In this document: one piece after another, positions 20,549 to 30,770 of the stretch
Layout: the number at the start of each line of letters is the position of its first letter
Numbering within the stretch: the first letter of the stretch is position 1
NCBI GenBank assembly: GCA_965601925.1
Contig: OZ271854.1
Location: forward strand, 4,928,001 to 4,992,000
DNA from: Alkalispirochaeta sp.
GTDB taxonomy: Bacteria > Spirochaetota > Spirochaetia > DSM-27196 > Alkalispirochaetaceae
Direction of reading: 5' to 3'
DNA length: 64,000 nt
Notes under the pieces: generated by a model
The model's input: only the letters and a program-made list of their open reading frames with translations
Told to the model about the DNA's origin: nothing
Database searches by the model: none
Made by a program: the position numbers and the translations under genes

Positions 20549-22033
20549 GTGAACAGCGTGGAGCAGCGAAGGTACGATGTGGTGATCATCGGCGCCGGTA
20601 TCGTCGGTTCGATGGTCGCCAGAGAGCTATCGAAGTACCGCCTTTCGATAGCGGTCGTAGAAAAAGAGGCGGACGTCGGTATGGGACAGAGCACGTCCAA
20701 CAGCGCAATTATCCATTCCGGCCACGATCCGGAGCCGGGAACGCAGAAGGCGCGGTTGAACGTCCGGGGAAACGAACTGTGGTATGACATCGCCTCCGAG
20801 CTCGACGTACCGCTATCGAGGACGGGTGCGCTCATCGTCGCCGTCGGTGCGGAGGAACAGCAAGCGTTGTACCCTTTGTTGGAACGCGGCAGGTCGAACG
20901 GCGTCAAAGGCTTGGAAATCCTTACGCGGGAGCAACTACTCGAGAGAGAGCCGCAACTGAGTTCCGACGTATCCGGAGCGCTCTCGACCCCCACCGCGGG
21001 CGTGGTAGATGCCTTTCAGGGCGTGTTGGGTGCGGCCGAGAACGCCGCGACGAACGGCGTCGAGTTTCTCCTCGACACCGAGGTACGCGGCACGATCGTC
21101 GAGGACGGAACGCTGAAGGCGCTCACCACGACACAGGGAACGATTCACGCCGACTGGTTCGTCAACGCTGCGGGAGTGCATTCCGACGATATCATGCATA
21201 TGGCCGGAGACCATCCCGAGTTCGAGATCACCGTGCGCCGCGGGGAGTATTTCGTCTTCGATGAGTCGCGGCTCAACGTCGCACAAGTGCTCTTTCCGAT
21301 GCCCGGGGCAAAGGGCAAGGGTATCCTCGTCACGACCACCACGCACGGGAACACGATGGTCGGACCCAACAGCGATTATATCGAAGACAAGCACGACAGC
21401 TCGGTAACCGAGAAGGGTATGCACGAAATCCTCACCGGTGCGACCAAGTTGATACCCGGCGTCTCTCCTCGAGACGTGATCGCTACCTTTGCCGGCCTGC
21501 GCGCGACGGGAAATTACGCGCCCGAGGGACACGGAAAGGACTTCTTGATCGAGGTTTCGGGGAAAGTGCGCGGGCTGATTAGTCTCGCCGGTATCGAGTC
21601 GCCGGGGTATGCGTCGGCGCCGGCGATCGGCGAGTACGTAGCGGAGTTGCTCCGCGGCGAGGGTGTAGCCCTCGCGGAGAAGGCCGACTGGAATCCGCGC
21701 AGACGGGGTATTCCGCGTTTCAGGGATCTCGATCACGCAGCGCGTTCGGCGCTGATAAAAGAGAAGCCGGCGTACGGTCGCATCGTCTGCCGCTGCGAGG
21801 AGGTCACCGAAGGCGAGATCGTCGAGGCGATCCACTCCCCGATCCCCGCCACCACCTACGACGCGATTAAGCGACGCACGTGGCTCGGCACCGGTCGGTG
21901 TCAGGGCAGCTTCGACTATCCCCGTACCTTGGAGATCCTCTCGCGAGAGCTCGGAATCTCCATGACCGAGATCACCAAAAAGGGTCCCGGATCGGTGTTT
22001 TTGTATCGCAGGACAAAAGAGGAAGTGGTCTAA
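20549..22033 (+). CDS. FAD-dependent glycerol-3-phosphate dehydrogenase-like subunit with C-terminal BFD-like [2Fe-2S] domain
   Basis: IIGAGIVG, NSAIIHSG, IVCRCEEVTEGEI...GRCQGSF; divergent from glpFK. Confidence 0.9.
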   Translation: MNSVEQRRYDVVIIGAGIVGSMVARELSKYRLSIAVVEKEADVGMGQSTSNSAIIHSGHDPEPGTQKARLNVRGNELWYDIASELDVPLSRTGALIVAVGAEEQQALYPLLERGRSNGVKGLEILTREQLLEREPQLSSDVSGALSTPTAGVVDAFQGVLGAAENAATNGVEFLLDTEVRGTIVEDGTLKALTTTQGTIHADWFVNAAGVHSDDIMHMAGDHPEFEITVRRGEYFVFDESRLNVAQVLFPMPGAKGKGILVTTTTHGNTMVGPNSDYIEDKHDSSVTEKGMHEILTGATKLIPGVSPRDVIATFAGLRATGNYAPEGHGKDFLIEVSGKVRGLISLAGIESPGYASAPAIGEYVAELLRGEGVALAEKADWNPRRRGIPRFRDLDHAARSALIKEKPAYGRIVCRCEEVTEGEIVEAIHSPIPATTYDAIKRRTWLGTGRCQGSFDYPRTLEILSRELGISMTEITKKGPGSVFLYRRTKEEVV

Positions 22034-23319
22034 TGGACGTGAACACCAACTACGACGTAATCGTCATCGGCGGAGGTCCCGCCGGTATCTCGGCGGCGAT
22101 CGAAGCGTATAAGGAAAATAAGGCGCGCGTACTGGTCATAGAGCGCAACGACAGTCTCGGCGGTATTCTTCCGCAGTGCATACACAACGGATTCGGCGCG
22201 GTCAACTTCGGCAACGATCTTCCCGGCCCGGAGTACGCTCACCGATACGAGACGGAGCTGCGGGGACTGCCCATCGATGTGATGCTGGATACGATGGTCG
22301 TCGATCTCACCTCGAATCTCGATATCTACGCGATGAACAGCGACGAAGGATATCTCCACTTTCGTCCCCGCTCGATCGTTTTGGCGATGGGGTGTCGCGA
22401 ACGTACGCGTTCACAGATACAGCTCCCGGGCACGAGAGCCGCAGGCATCTACACGGCCGGCACCGCGCAACGACTGGTCAACATCGAAGGCTATATGCCG
22501 GGGAACCGTATCGTTATTCTCGGCAGCGGCGACATCGGAATGATCATGGCGCGTCGCCTCACGATCGAAGGAGCCGAGGTGTTGGGCGTGATGGAACTGC
22601 TTCCGTTCCTTACCGGGCTGCGGCGTAACTACGTACAGTGCCTGCAGGACTACGGGGTTCCCCTCCACCTGAGTACGACGGTCAACCGCATCGTGGGAGA
22701 GCGGCGCGTCCAAGGAATCGAGACGGTCAAAGTGGACGATAGTCTCAAGCACGTTCCGGGAACCGAGGAGTTCATCCCGTGCGATACGTTGGTGCTTTCG
22801 GTCGGGTTGATTCCCGAGAACGAGCTCTCGCGCAAAGCGGGCGTGGAGCTCGACGTCAGAACCAACGGGCCGACGGTCGACTCCGACATGGCGACCAACG
22901 TCCCGGGTATCTTTGCCGCCGGCAACGTCACCGCGATCTACGACCTGGTCGACTACGTGAGCAAGGCCGGCGAGGTAGCGGGACGCGGCGCGGCGCAGTA
23001 CGCATCTATGCGCCGTCGTGAGAAACACTTTGGAGAAGCGGCGATTCGTATCAAACCGGGGGCCAACGTCGGGAGCGTCATTCCCCAACAGATCTACCTC
23101 GACGATCTGGATGATCGCGACGTCTACCTCAACATGCGGCCCAACGCGTTGTTGGAGCGCAATGTTACGGTGACGATCGGCGGCGAGGACGGTGAGGTGC
23201 TCCATTTTCGGGAGCAGTACGCCCGACCGGCGGAGATGATTATCCACAAACTCAAGGCCCGGGACGTCGCACGACTGAGAGAGAGCGGCGAGACCGAGGT
23301 GGTCGCCACCATTTCATAG
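22033..23319 (+). CDS. NAD(P)/FAD-dependent oxidoreductase (partner subunit)
   Basis: TAATG coupling to the previous gene; IGGGPAG, GGILPQCIHNGFG, LAMGCRER, ILGSGDIG. Confidence 0.9.
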   Translation: MDVNTNYDVIVIGGGPAGISAAIEAYKENKARVLVIERNDSLGGILPQCIHNGFGAVNFGNDLPGPEYAHRYETELRGLPIDVMLDTMVVDLTSNLDIYAMNSDEGYLHFRPRSIVLAMGCRERTRSQIQLPGTRAAGIYTAGTAQRLVNIEGYMPGNRIVILGSGDIGMIMARRLTIEGAEVLGVMELLPFLTGLRRNYVQCLQDYGVPLHLSTTVNRIVGERRVQGIETVKVDDSLKHVPGTEEFIPCDTLVLSVGLIPENELSRKAGVELDVRTNGPTVDSDMATNVPGIFAAGNVTAIYDLVDYVSKAGEVAGRGAAQYASMRRREKHFGEAAIRIKPGANVGSVIPQQIYLDDLDDRDVYLNMRPNALLERNVTVTIGGEDGEVLHFREQYARPAEMIIHKLKARDVARLRESGETEVVATIS

Positions 23320-23332
23320 AGGATATGAGACG

Positions 23333-23728
23333 ATGAACGAGAGCAAACAAGGCGATTATCGCACGCGGATGGACATATGCCTTCGCTGCCCGAGAGGCTG
23401 TGAAGTCGAAACGATACTGAGCCCCGCCGACGAGATTCTTAATATCACCGGCAACAAGTGCAAACTGGGACGCGAATACGTGGAACAGGAGATCAACGAT
23501 CCGCGGCGCGTACTGCCGACAAGTGTGCGTGTTCGCGGCGGCACACGTCCCCTCGTTTCGGTGTGGACTCCCGAGCCGATGCCGAAGGGGCTTCTCATCG
23601 ATCTCGCCAAGGAGTCGCGCTCGATCGAGGTCGACGCGCCGGTACACGTCGGGGATGTAGTACTCGACGACTGGCGCGGTCTGGGCGTGCGCTTGGTGGC
23701 AAGCGCCGAAGTTCCCAAGAAGGCGTAA
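23333..23728 (+). CDS. DUF1667 family Cys-rich protein (third subunit)
   Basis: CLRCPRGC...GNKC.LG.EY...P.RVL.TSVRV. Confidence 0.88.
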   Translation: MNESKQGDYRTRMDICLRCPRGCEVETILSPADEILNITGNKCKLGREYVEQEINDPRRVLPTSVRVRGGTRPLVSVWTPEPMPKGLLIDLAKESRSIEVDAPVHVGDVVLDDWRGLGVRLVASAEVPKKA

Positions 23729-23879
23729 CCGACGGGTCGCTCGGCGGTGAGGCCGAGTACGGAAGCGGCGACTGAGCGCGTCGGCGTCGCTCGGCCGACC
23801 GTCTCCCGGCGCAGTGGAAATCGTACCGGACGGCGAGGGCCCTGTTTACGCCGTCCTCTTTTGTGGCATGGTATGCGCC

Positions 23880-24434
23880 ATGCCGCACCTCTACGGACAA
23901 CGAGTTATCCTCAGGGAGTATCGTGAATCGGACTTCGAGCACGTCCGGCGATGGGTGAACGACCGCGAGGCGACCGCCAACCTCAGTCCGATATTCGACC
24001 GCGTTCAGACTGAGCCGATGACGCGATCCTTTTTCGACAAGCCGCTCAACAATGAGCTGCCCGGCCACTACTTCGTCATCGCCGATCGCGAGAGTGAACA
24101 ATACCTCGGACAGATCGACATTCGAACCCAAGACGATCCGAGTCGCCAGGCGAGCCTCGGCCTCATCGTCCCCGATCTCGCGAATCGAGGCCGCGGATAC
24201 GGGCGCGAGGCGACGGCCCTCATGCTCACCTTCGCCTTCGACACGCTCAATCTCCACAAGGTGTGGCTCCACGTTTTCGTGCGCAATGAAGGAGCGATCG
24301 GATTGTATCGCTCCTTAGGGTTCGTCACCGACGGCGTGTTACGGGACGACGTGTACCGCGGCGGCGCCTACCTGGACGTGATGATCATGTCGATACTCGC
24401 CGATGAATGGCGGTCGCGCGCCGGAGAGCGTTAG
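23880..24434 (+). CDS. GNAT family (RimJ/RimL-like) acetyltransferase
   Basis: RGRGYGREA...FAFDTLNLHKVWLHV...NEGAIGLYRSLGF. Confidence 0.9.
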   Translation: MPHLYGQRVILREYRESDFEHVRRWVNDREATANLSPIFDRVQTEPMTRSFFDKPLNNELPGHYFVIADRESEQYLGQIDIRTQDDPSRQASLGLIVPDLANRGRGYGREATALMLTFAFDTLNLHKVWLHVFVRNEGAIGLYRSLGFVTDGVLRDDVYRGGAYLDVMIMSILADEWRSRAGER

Positions 24435-25429
24435 TGCACCAATGTGCGATACCGCTTCACGAACTGTCCTCGGTCGTATGCAGTCGGGTCGGCGACGCGC
24501 GGCCGGCTGAGCATTCCTCGGAACTCCTCTATCGCGCCGTAGCCCTTCTCGCCCATCCACGCACGAAGGCGCTCGTTCATCTCTGCGACTACGTCGATTC
24601 CGCCGCGATAGAGTGCCGAGGCTACCTGCACGGTGTCTGCGCCGGCGAGAATCTGTTTGATTACCGCATTCCCGTCGTGGACGCCGGTTGAAGCGGCCAG
24701 ATCGCACGCCACATATCCACGCATGATCGCAATCCATCGCAACGACATATGCAATAACTCCGGCGTACTCAGCACGTTCGTCGGTACGATCTCGAGCGTA
24801 TCGACGTCGAAATCGGGGTTGAAAAACCGATTAAAGAGAACCAACCCGTCTATCCCGGAGTCCGAAAGCCGCTTGAGGGTGCGAGCCAAGAGGGTGAAAT
24901 GATACCCGACCTTAACGGCCACGGGAATCTTGACGTGCTTTCTCACCTCATCGACGATATTGAAATAAGTCTGCTCGAACGCCGCACCGTCCGCGATGGT
25001 CGGGTCGGAGGGCATGAGAAAGACGTTGAGCTCCAGCGCGTGAGCGCCGGCACGTTCGATCATATCGGCATAGGTCGGCCACCTCTCGGCGGTTATACAG
25101 TTTACCGAAGCGATGATGGGAATATCGACGGCGTCGCGCGCCTCAGAGATGAGCTTTATATAAGCGGTCATTCCGCTCTCGTCGTCGATAATATCGTCCA
25201 TATCGGCGGTCTCCGGAAAGACGTATCCGGGTCGTTCCATCGCCCGACGCGTCCGATCCATTTCGGCTATAATCTCCTCTTCAAAGAGAGACTTCAGCAC
25301 GACCGCACCGGCCCCCGCATCCTCTAATCTGCGCACATTGTCGACGTTGTCGGTGATACCGGAACTACCGGCGACCACCGGCGAAGACAATGTAAGTCCC
25401 ATGTAACTCGTTGTGATGTCCACTCGCAT
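24431..25429 (-). CDS. Dihydroorotate dehydrogenase-like protein
   Basis: GAGAVVLKSLFEE, IIASVNC, ALELN, VLFNRF, STGVHDG. Confidence 0.9.
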   Translation of the reverse strand: MRVDITTSYMGLTLSSPVVAGSSGITDNVDNVRRLEDAGAGAVVLKSLFEEEIIAEMDRTRRAMERPGYVFPETADMDDIIDDESGMTAYIKLISEARDAVDIPIIASVNCITAERWPTYADMIERAGAHALELNVFLMPSDPTIADGAAFEQTYFNIVDEVRKHVKIPVAVKVGYHFTLLARTLKRLSDSGIDGLVLFNRFFNPDFDVDTLEIVPTNVLSTPELLHMSLRWIAIMRGYVACDLAASTGVHDGNAVIKQILAGADTVQVASALYRGGIDVVAEMNERLRAWMGEKGYGAIEEFRGMLSRPRVADPTAYDRGQFVKRYRTLVH

Positions 25430-25605
25430 ACCACTAAGCTACGCCCACAGGGACGGTAACGCAAGCGAAAAATCACACGCCATCTCGTCCCGATGAGCCG
25501 GTGTACCTCGAACAGACACGGCTCGCGGGAACCGCTCGCCGCGCATGGGCGTCCGGACCGTCGTTGACAGTGCACTCAATCCCGTGCTACGGTTCGCACT
25601 CAATT

Positions 25606-25679
25606 CGGGCTGTAGCGCAGGGGTTTAGCGTACTTGTCTGGGGGACAAGGGGTCGGCGGTTCAAATCCGCCCAGCCCGA
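25606..25679 (+). tRNA. tRNA-Pro (anticodon GGG), CCA not encoded
   Basis: Cloverleaf: CGGGCTG/CAGCCCG acceptor, CTTGT-CTGGGGG-ACAAG anticodon arm, GGCGG-TTCAAAT-CCGCC T-arm; TTGACA at 25564. Confidence 0.97.
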
Positions 25680-26221
25680 GGCAAAAAGGGTGATCGGTAC
25701 CAACCGGTCGCCCTTTTTGTTTGGCCTTGGGGCGGATTTGAAACGGAGTTGCGGCGCGAATACCTGGAGCGCACATCGGCACGACGCCGATGTAGCAACG
25801 GAGGCGGGTCGAAGGGAGCCGGCAGGACGCCGGCGACCGCAGACCACATCCGCCCAGCCCGATAGAAACAGCATTCGGCCGTGGATGCGACGCATTCACG
25901 GTTTTTTTGTGCTCTCGGTCGAAGAAAGCGGATTTGAACCGAGGGAGCGCCGAGCGATAGCGAGGAACAGCGGCCACGGACGGCCGCGACAGCGACCAAG
26001 GCGGCCCGGATAGAGTCGGCAGGATGCCGGCGATAGGAGGACAAATCCGCCCAGCCCGAGGCAAAAAGGGTGATCGGTACCAACCGGTCGCCCTTTTTGT
26101 TTGGCCTTGGGGTGGATTTGAAACGGAGTTGCGGCGCGAATACCTGGAGCGCACATCGGCACGACGCCGATGTAGCAACGGAGGCGGGCCGGCGACCGCA
26201 AACCACATACCGCCCGACCCG
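25662..26221 (+). repeat. tRNA-linked modular repeat array (A-B-A')
   Basis: 147-bp direct repeat 25662-25808/26042-26188 (1 mismatch); tRNA 3'-end copies at 25848, 26042 and 26207 (degenerate). Confidence 0.92.
25682..25721 (+). terminator. Terminator hairpin after tRNA-Pro (repeated at about 26062-26101)
   Basis: caaaaagggtgatcggt...accggtcgccctttttgtt. Confidence 0.75.
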
Positions 26222-26347
26222 GTTATAAAATTCTGTAACGCAGAAACTTACAACGCATCTTCGGGGTTTCGAGCCTCACAATGTGTGAGCAGATTGTGGG
26301 CAATTCTTCCTCTGTGATCGTTCCTCGAGAAACCGGACACCCACACC

Positions 26348-27391
26348 TCACGCATCGGCGCGGGGCGGGCCGACGCTGTCACGAACGATCAGCTTCGTTC
26401 CAATGCGTAATACCACTCGTTCAGGCGGATCCGTTTCGATTCGCTCCACCAGACGGCGCACGGCGAGCAGCGCCATACGTTCCTTGAAGACGCGTACCGT
26501 GGTCAATCGTGGGTTTAGATGATCTACATAAGGAAGGTCGTCGAACCCGACGATCGAAATATCTCGCGGCACGGAAAACCCGGTCTCGTTGAGTGCGCGC
26601 ATCGCACCGACGGCAATAATGTCGTTCGTTGCAAAAAACGCCGTTGGAAGTTGCGTTGCCTCGCCGATAAGCCTTCTTGCGTCTTCATACGCGTCGTTTT
26701 GCCTGGGGCGGACTCGTGTCGTATATCGGTCGTCGTACTCCAGACCCTCGGTCTGCATCGCGGCGATGCACGTCCGCTCGCGCTCCTCGAAATTACGATT
26801 TGATATGTTTGAGGAGAGCAGTCCTATCTTTTGGTGTCCGAGGGCAATGAGGTGTGAAACGGCTGAACGAGCCCCCCCGACGTTATCGATCAAAACCGTG
26901 TCGACCTCGAACTCGGGGAACTGCTGGTCGATCACCACTATCGGCAGCGTTGGAGAGATAAAACGGCGTAACTCGGCTGCCGGCATCACCGAAGCGTCGA
27001 GTATGATCCCATCGGTCTCATACTTCATAAGTTTATGAAGCACGCTCTCGATATCGTCACCCTCGGAGACGTACGTAACGCGTAGCCCATACCCTTGACG
27101 TTGCGCCTCCTTTTCAATCCCACGCTGTATTTCAGCAAAAAACGGATTGTGCGATGCCTCTATATCGGTGCGATCATAGACGATAAAGGCCAGCGTTCCC
27201 GATTTGCTCGCTGCCGGCCGTCCTCGTGCACTGCGCTCGTAACCGAGTCGTCTCAAAAGCTCTTTTAGCTCCGCCCGCTTCCGTTCGCCGACGCCGGGGC
27301 GATCGTTGAGCACGAGTGAGAGCGTTGAGGCCGAAACGTTCGCCTCACGTGCAATCTCCGTCAATGTCAAACGTCTACCATGTTCCTGCAT
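26348..27391 (-). CDS. LacI family transcriptional regulator
   Basis: LTLTEIAREANVSASTLSLVLN HTH; NPFFAEI; VPRDISIVGFDD; LTTV. Confidence 0.95.
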   Translation of the reverse strand: MQEHGRRLTLTEIAREANVSASTLSLVLNDRPGVGERKRAELKELLRRLGYERSARGRPAASKSGTLAFIVYDRTDIEASHNPFFAEIQRGIEKEAQRQGYGLRVTYVSEGDDIESVLHKLMKYETDGIILDASVMPAAELRRFISPTLPIVVIDQQFPEFEVDTVLIDNVGGARSAVSHLIALGHQKIGLLSSNISNRNFEERERTCIAAMQTEGLEYDDRYTTRVRPRQNDAYEDARRLIGEATQLPTAFFATNDIIAVGAMRALNETGFSVPRDISIVGFDDLPYVDHLNPRLTTVRVFKERMALLAVRRLVERIETDPPERVVLRIGTKLIVRDSVGPPRADA

Positions 27392-27443
27392 CGATTCTCT
27401 TCTCTCACCATCCAAGGATAGCTGCAACCGCAAAAAGTTTCAG

Positions 27444-27500
27444 TTGACAGCGTAGCACACCGCCCATAGAATATTCAATAGAAAAAACATATTTTTTACT
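27444..27500 (+). promoter_or_regulatory. Promoter of the sugar ABC operon with candidate operator
   Basis: TTGACA-17-TAGAAT (27444-27472), followed by the imperfect palindrome agaaaaaacatattttttac. Confidence 0.7.
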
Positions 27501-27522
27501 AAATAATATGCGGGAGGCACTC

Positions 27523-28857
27523 ATGAATATGGGAAAATGTGCATTGCTGATTCTGTGCGTGACAGCTCTCTCCACAACGCCGATGTATGCCCGAGGAGCG
27601 AACGAAGCGCAGTCCGAGGACGGCGGAACGATCGTGCTGGAAGTGTGGGATCAGTTCACCGACGAGGCGGGCGGGCCCGCGGCGGAACAGTTAGCTCGAA
27701 TGTTCGAGGAGCGGTATCCCAATGTCGTTGTTGAACGCACCGCATTCGGTGACGCGGGGGAGCTCTCGGATATCCTACGCCCCGCACTTACCTCCGGCAC
27801 CGGTCCGGACGTGATTTACTCGGAGATGGGTATCGGTTTTCTCGGCAACCTGGCCCGCGCCGGTGCGATCATGGATCTCACCGACGTATGGAGGGAGCGT
27901 GGCTGGGACGAGATACTGTATCCGCTCTCCAAAGACGTCCCGACGTTCGGTGGAAGAACATTCGGTGTCGGGAGTCAGCTCGAGTTCGTTCCGATCTACT
28001 ACAACGCTGCGCTTTTGGAGGATCTCGGCTTGGCACCGCCCCAGACGATCGCGGAGTTGGAAGCGCTCGCAGAAGCGGCAAAGGCCGCCGGACTCTATCC
28101 CTTTGCGTGGGGTGGGCGCGATTGGTGGGCACAATCGAACCTCATTAATGCGATCCTCTGGGCATATGTAGGGGAGGAAATCGCCGAGAGCGGCATGTTC
28201 GATGGGGGAAGCTGGGATCGCCGCGAGGTGGTTGAAGCGATTGAGGCGTTCCTGCGGTGGCACGGGGCGGGCTACTTCTTGCCCAATGCCGAGGCGATCG
28301 GCTACGACGAAATGCACGTGGAGTTCTACCAACAGGACGCGGTGATGCATCCCGTCGGAAACTGGATGATCGGACAGTATTCACAGAATATCGGCGACCG
28401 CTTTCCGATCCGATCGATGGTATGGCCCGTGCCGGCGGGCAGAACACCGACGGCGATCTCCTTTGTCGGATCGGGCTACATCATCAGCGCCGACACATCG
28501 CATCCCCAAGCCGCAATCGACTATGTCGACTTTCTCATGACCGATCCGGAAGCCGCACGCGTCTGGTATGAGGTCGCGGAGTTCATCCCCCCACTCCGAG
28601 ACGGACTCCCCGACGATCTGAACATCAATCCGCTCCTGCAAGAGACGCTCGACGCATTGGGCGGGAGCGAGGTGGATGTCGTAGCAGGTCTCGCTATGGC
28701 GGCGCCGCCGGAGGTGATGACCTTCCTGCAAAGCTCCGCAGCACGTCTGATGACCGATCAGCTTACCGCTCGAGAGTGGGTCGATGAGTTCGAGCGACTG
28801 TGGCAGGAGAGTCGTGAGCAAGGACTCACGAAGGACACGTTCACGCTATCACCGTAG
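27523..28857 (+). CDS. Carbohydrate ABC transporter substrate-binding protein
   Basis: GGAGG RBS, signal peptide ending ARGANE, GPDV, IYYN..LLEDLGL..PQT. Confidence 0.92.
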   Translation: MNMGKCALLILCVTALSTTPMYARGANEAQSEDGGTIVLEVWDQFTDEAGGPAAEQLARMFEERYPNVVVERTAFGDAGELSDILRPALTSGTGPDVIYSEMGIGFLGNLARAGAIMDLTDVWRERGWDEILYPLSKDVPTFGGRTFGVGSQLEFVPIYYNAALLEDLGLAPPQTIAELEALAEAAKAAGLYPFAWGGRDWWAQSNLINAILWAYVGEEIAESGMFDGGSWDRREVVEAIEAFLRWHGAGYFLPNAEAIGYDEMHVEFYQQDAVMHPVGNWMIGQYSQNIGDRFPIRSMVWPVPAGRTPTAISFVGSGYIISADTSHPQAAIDYVDFLMTDPEAARVWYEVAEFIPPLRDGLPDDLNINPLLQETLDALGGSEVDVVAGLAMAAPPEVMTFLQSSAARLMTDQLTAREWVDEFERLWQESREQGLTKDTFTLSP

Positions 28858-28914
28858 TGCCGGACCGTGTGGACGACGTGCAGAGCATCCGGCGCGAGGA
28901 GGTACGACAAACCC

Positions 28915-29832
28915 ATGACGACGGTAGAACGGAAACGAAGAAGAGCGGCGCATAGGATCTACGGCCGTCCGCTCGTCGCGTTTGCACTCATTGCGCCGAC
29001 CGTCGCGTACCTCGGACTACTGATCTTCTATCCCATCGCATCATCGATCAACCTGAGCTTCTTTCGGTGGCCGGGGATCGGTCGGCGCGAGTTTGTCGGC
29101 TTCGGCAACTATATCGAGGCGTTCTCGGACACCACGGTGCATCGCGCGTTTCTGAACAACGTTCTCTATACGATCGGCATACTCGCTGTTGCGGTGATTC
29201 CGGGATTACTGCTGGCCGCAGCCCTTGCCGGCGGTATAAAGGGGCGGACGGTGTATCAGACCGTCTTCTTCTTTCCCCGCCTCCTCTCCCAGGTCATCGT
29301 TTCGGTACTGTGGAGCTGGATCTACAATCCGAACTTCGGATTGCTGAATACTCTCCTTCGACACCTGGGGTTGAATCGGCTTGCGCTGGGTTGGCTCGGA
29401 CATCCGACGTGGGCGCTCCCTTCCGTGGTAGTCGCCGCCGGATGGACGTACTTCGGCTTTTGCATGGTAATCTTTCTTGCGGCTCTCCAGAGTACAAGCC
29501 AAGATCTCAATGATGCGGCGATAATCGATGGTGCCGGCGCCGTACAAACCTTTTTTAACGTTACCGTTCCGCAGATAAGAACGGTCATAACGATGGTCAT
29601 TATGTACACTATAATCGACTCATTCAAAGTATTTGACATTATTTATATGATGACTCGCGGCGGCCCCGGAGATAGGACACAGATAATGGCGACCTATCTC
29701 TACCGCGAGTCCTTTCGACACAGTCGGTTCGGCTACGGAGCGACGATCGCCGTCTTGCTCACTGTATTTGTGGTCACCGTCGCCGTGCTCTTTCAGCGTA
29801 TACGCGAACGGGAGGATCGTCGATGGCGGTAG
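28915..29832 (+). CDS. Carbohydrate ABC transporter permease
   Basis: FVGFGNY, DAAIIDGA EAA-like loop, MTRGGPG. Confidence 0.93.
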   Translation: MTTVERKRRRAAHRIYGRPLVAFALIAPTVAYLGLLIFYPIASSINLSFFRWPGIGRREFVGFGNYIEAFSDTTVHRAFLNNVLYTIGILAVAVIPGLLLAAALAGGIKGRTVYQTVFFFPRLLSQVIVSVLWSWIYNPNFGLLNTLLRHLGLNRLALGWLGHPTWALPSVVVAAGWTYFGFCMVIFLAALQSTSQDLNDAAIIDGAGAVQTFFNVTVPQIRTVITMVIMYTIIDSFKVFDIIYMMTRGGPGDRTQIMATYLYRESFRHSRFGYGATIAVLLTVFVVTVAVLFQRIREREDRRWR

Positions 29833-30659
29833 TCGGTTATCGTTCGTCGAGGATCATGCTCTACGTCACCCTGACGGTGGTCGCGGCCTACACGCTCATT
29901 CCGCTGGTGACACTGGTGATGACCGCGATACGCGCCTCGGGAAACCTCGCCCTCGGCCCCTTCACGCTCCCCCAACGTCTCGCCCCGATCGGCAACGTTC
30001 GCGCGGCGTGGATCGGCGGTCGCTTCAACGAGTATACCCTCAACAGCGTCCTGATTACGGTACCGAGCGTCGCAATCGTCCTGTTCTTGGCGACGCTCGC
30101 AGGCTACGCCTTCGGCAAGATGCGCTTTCCCTTTCGCGACGTTCTGTTCTATCTCGTACTTGTGGGCATGATGGTTCCCTTCCAAGCGGTGATGATACCG
30201 CAGTACTTCTTAATGAATCGGTTACGACTCCTGAACAACCACTGGGCCGCCATTCTCTCGATCAGCGCCTTGGGTGTCCCGTTCGGCATTTTCATGATGC
30301 GTTCGTTCTTCATGGGCTTACCAAACGAACTCATCGAGTCTGCCAAACTGGATGGGGCCACCGACATACAGACGTTCCGGCTCGTTATGCTGCCGCTGAC
30401 CTATCCCGCATGGGCCTCTCTATTGGTGTTTCAGACGATGTGGTCGTGGAACAACTTCCTCGTACCGCTGCTTTTCATCTACGACGACTCGCTGCGACCA
30501 ATTCCTCTGGGGCTCATGCAGTTCCAAGGCCGGTACACCATGGACTATACCCTCGTCGCCGCTGCGGTGCTGATTGCGCTGCTTCCGCTCGTCGTGCTCT
30601 ATGCGATCCTTCAGCGAACATTTGTAGGAGGTATCACTATGGGGGCTCTCAAGGGATGA
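29823..30659 (+). CDS. Carbohydrate ABC transporter permease
   Basis: ELIESAKLDGA EAA loop, WNNFLVPL, C-terminal GALKG. Confidence 0.93.
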   Translation: MAVVGYRSSRIMLYVTLTVVAAYTLIPLVTLVMTAIRASGNLALGPFTLPQRLAPIGNVRAAWIGGRFNEYTLNSVLITVPSVAIVLFLATLAGYAFGKMRFPFRDVLFYLVLVGMMVPFQAVMIPQYFLMNRLRLLNNHWAAILSISALGVPFGIFMMRSFFMGLPNELIESAKLDGATDIQTFRLVMLPLTYPAWASLLVFQTMWSWNNFLVPLLFIYDDSLRPIPLGLMQFQGRYTMDYTLVAAAVLIALLPLVVLYAILQRTFVGGITMGALKG

Positions 30660-30770
30660 CTCGATCAATGCAGTGCACGTCGGCGCCGCCGGCTCACCAT
30701 ACACCGTGATAATCCTGGCATTTCCAAAAAACGCTGTTTTTGGGAGGTGTCTGAACGAAAAGGAAGGGCG

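Noticed and set aside
25662..26221. CRISPR array or attL/attR of an intact integrative element
   Set aside because: Modules are 165-195 bp and two are near-identical; no integrase or cargo lies between the tRNA-end copies.
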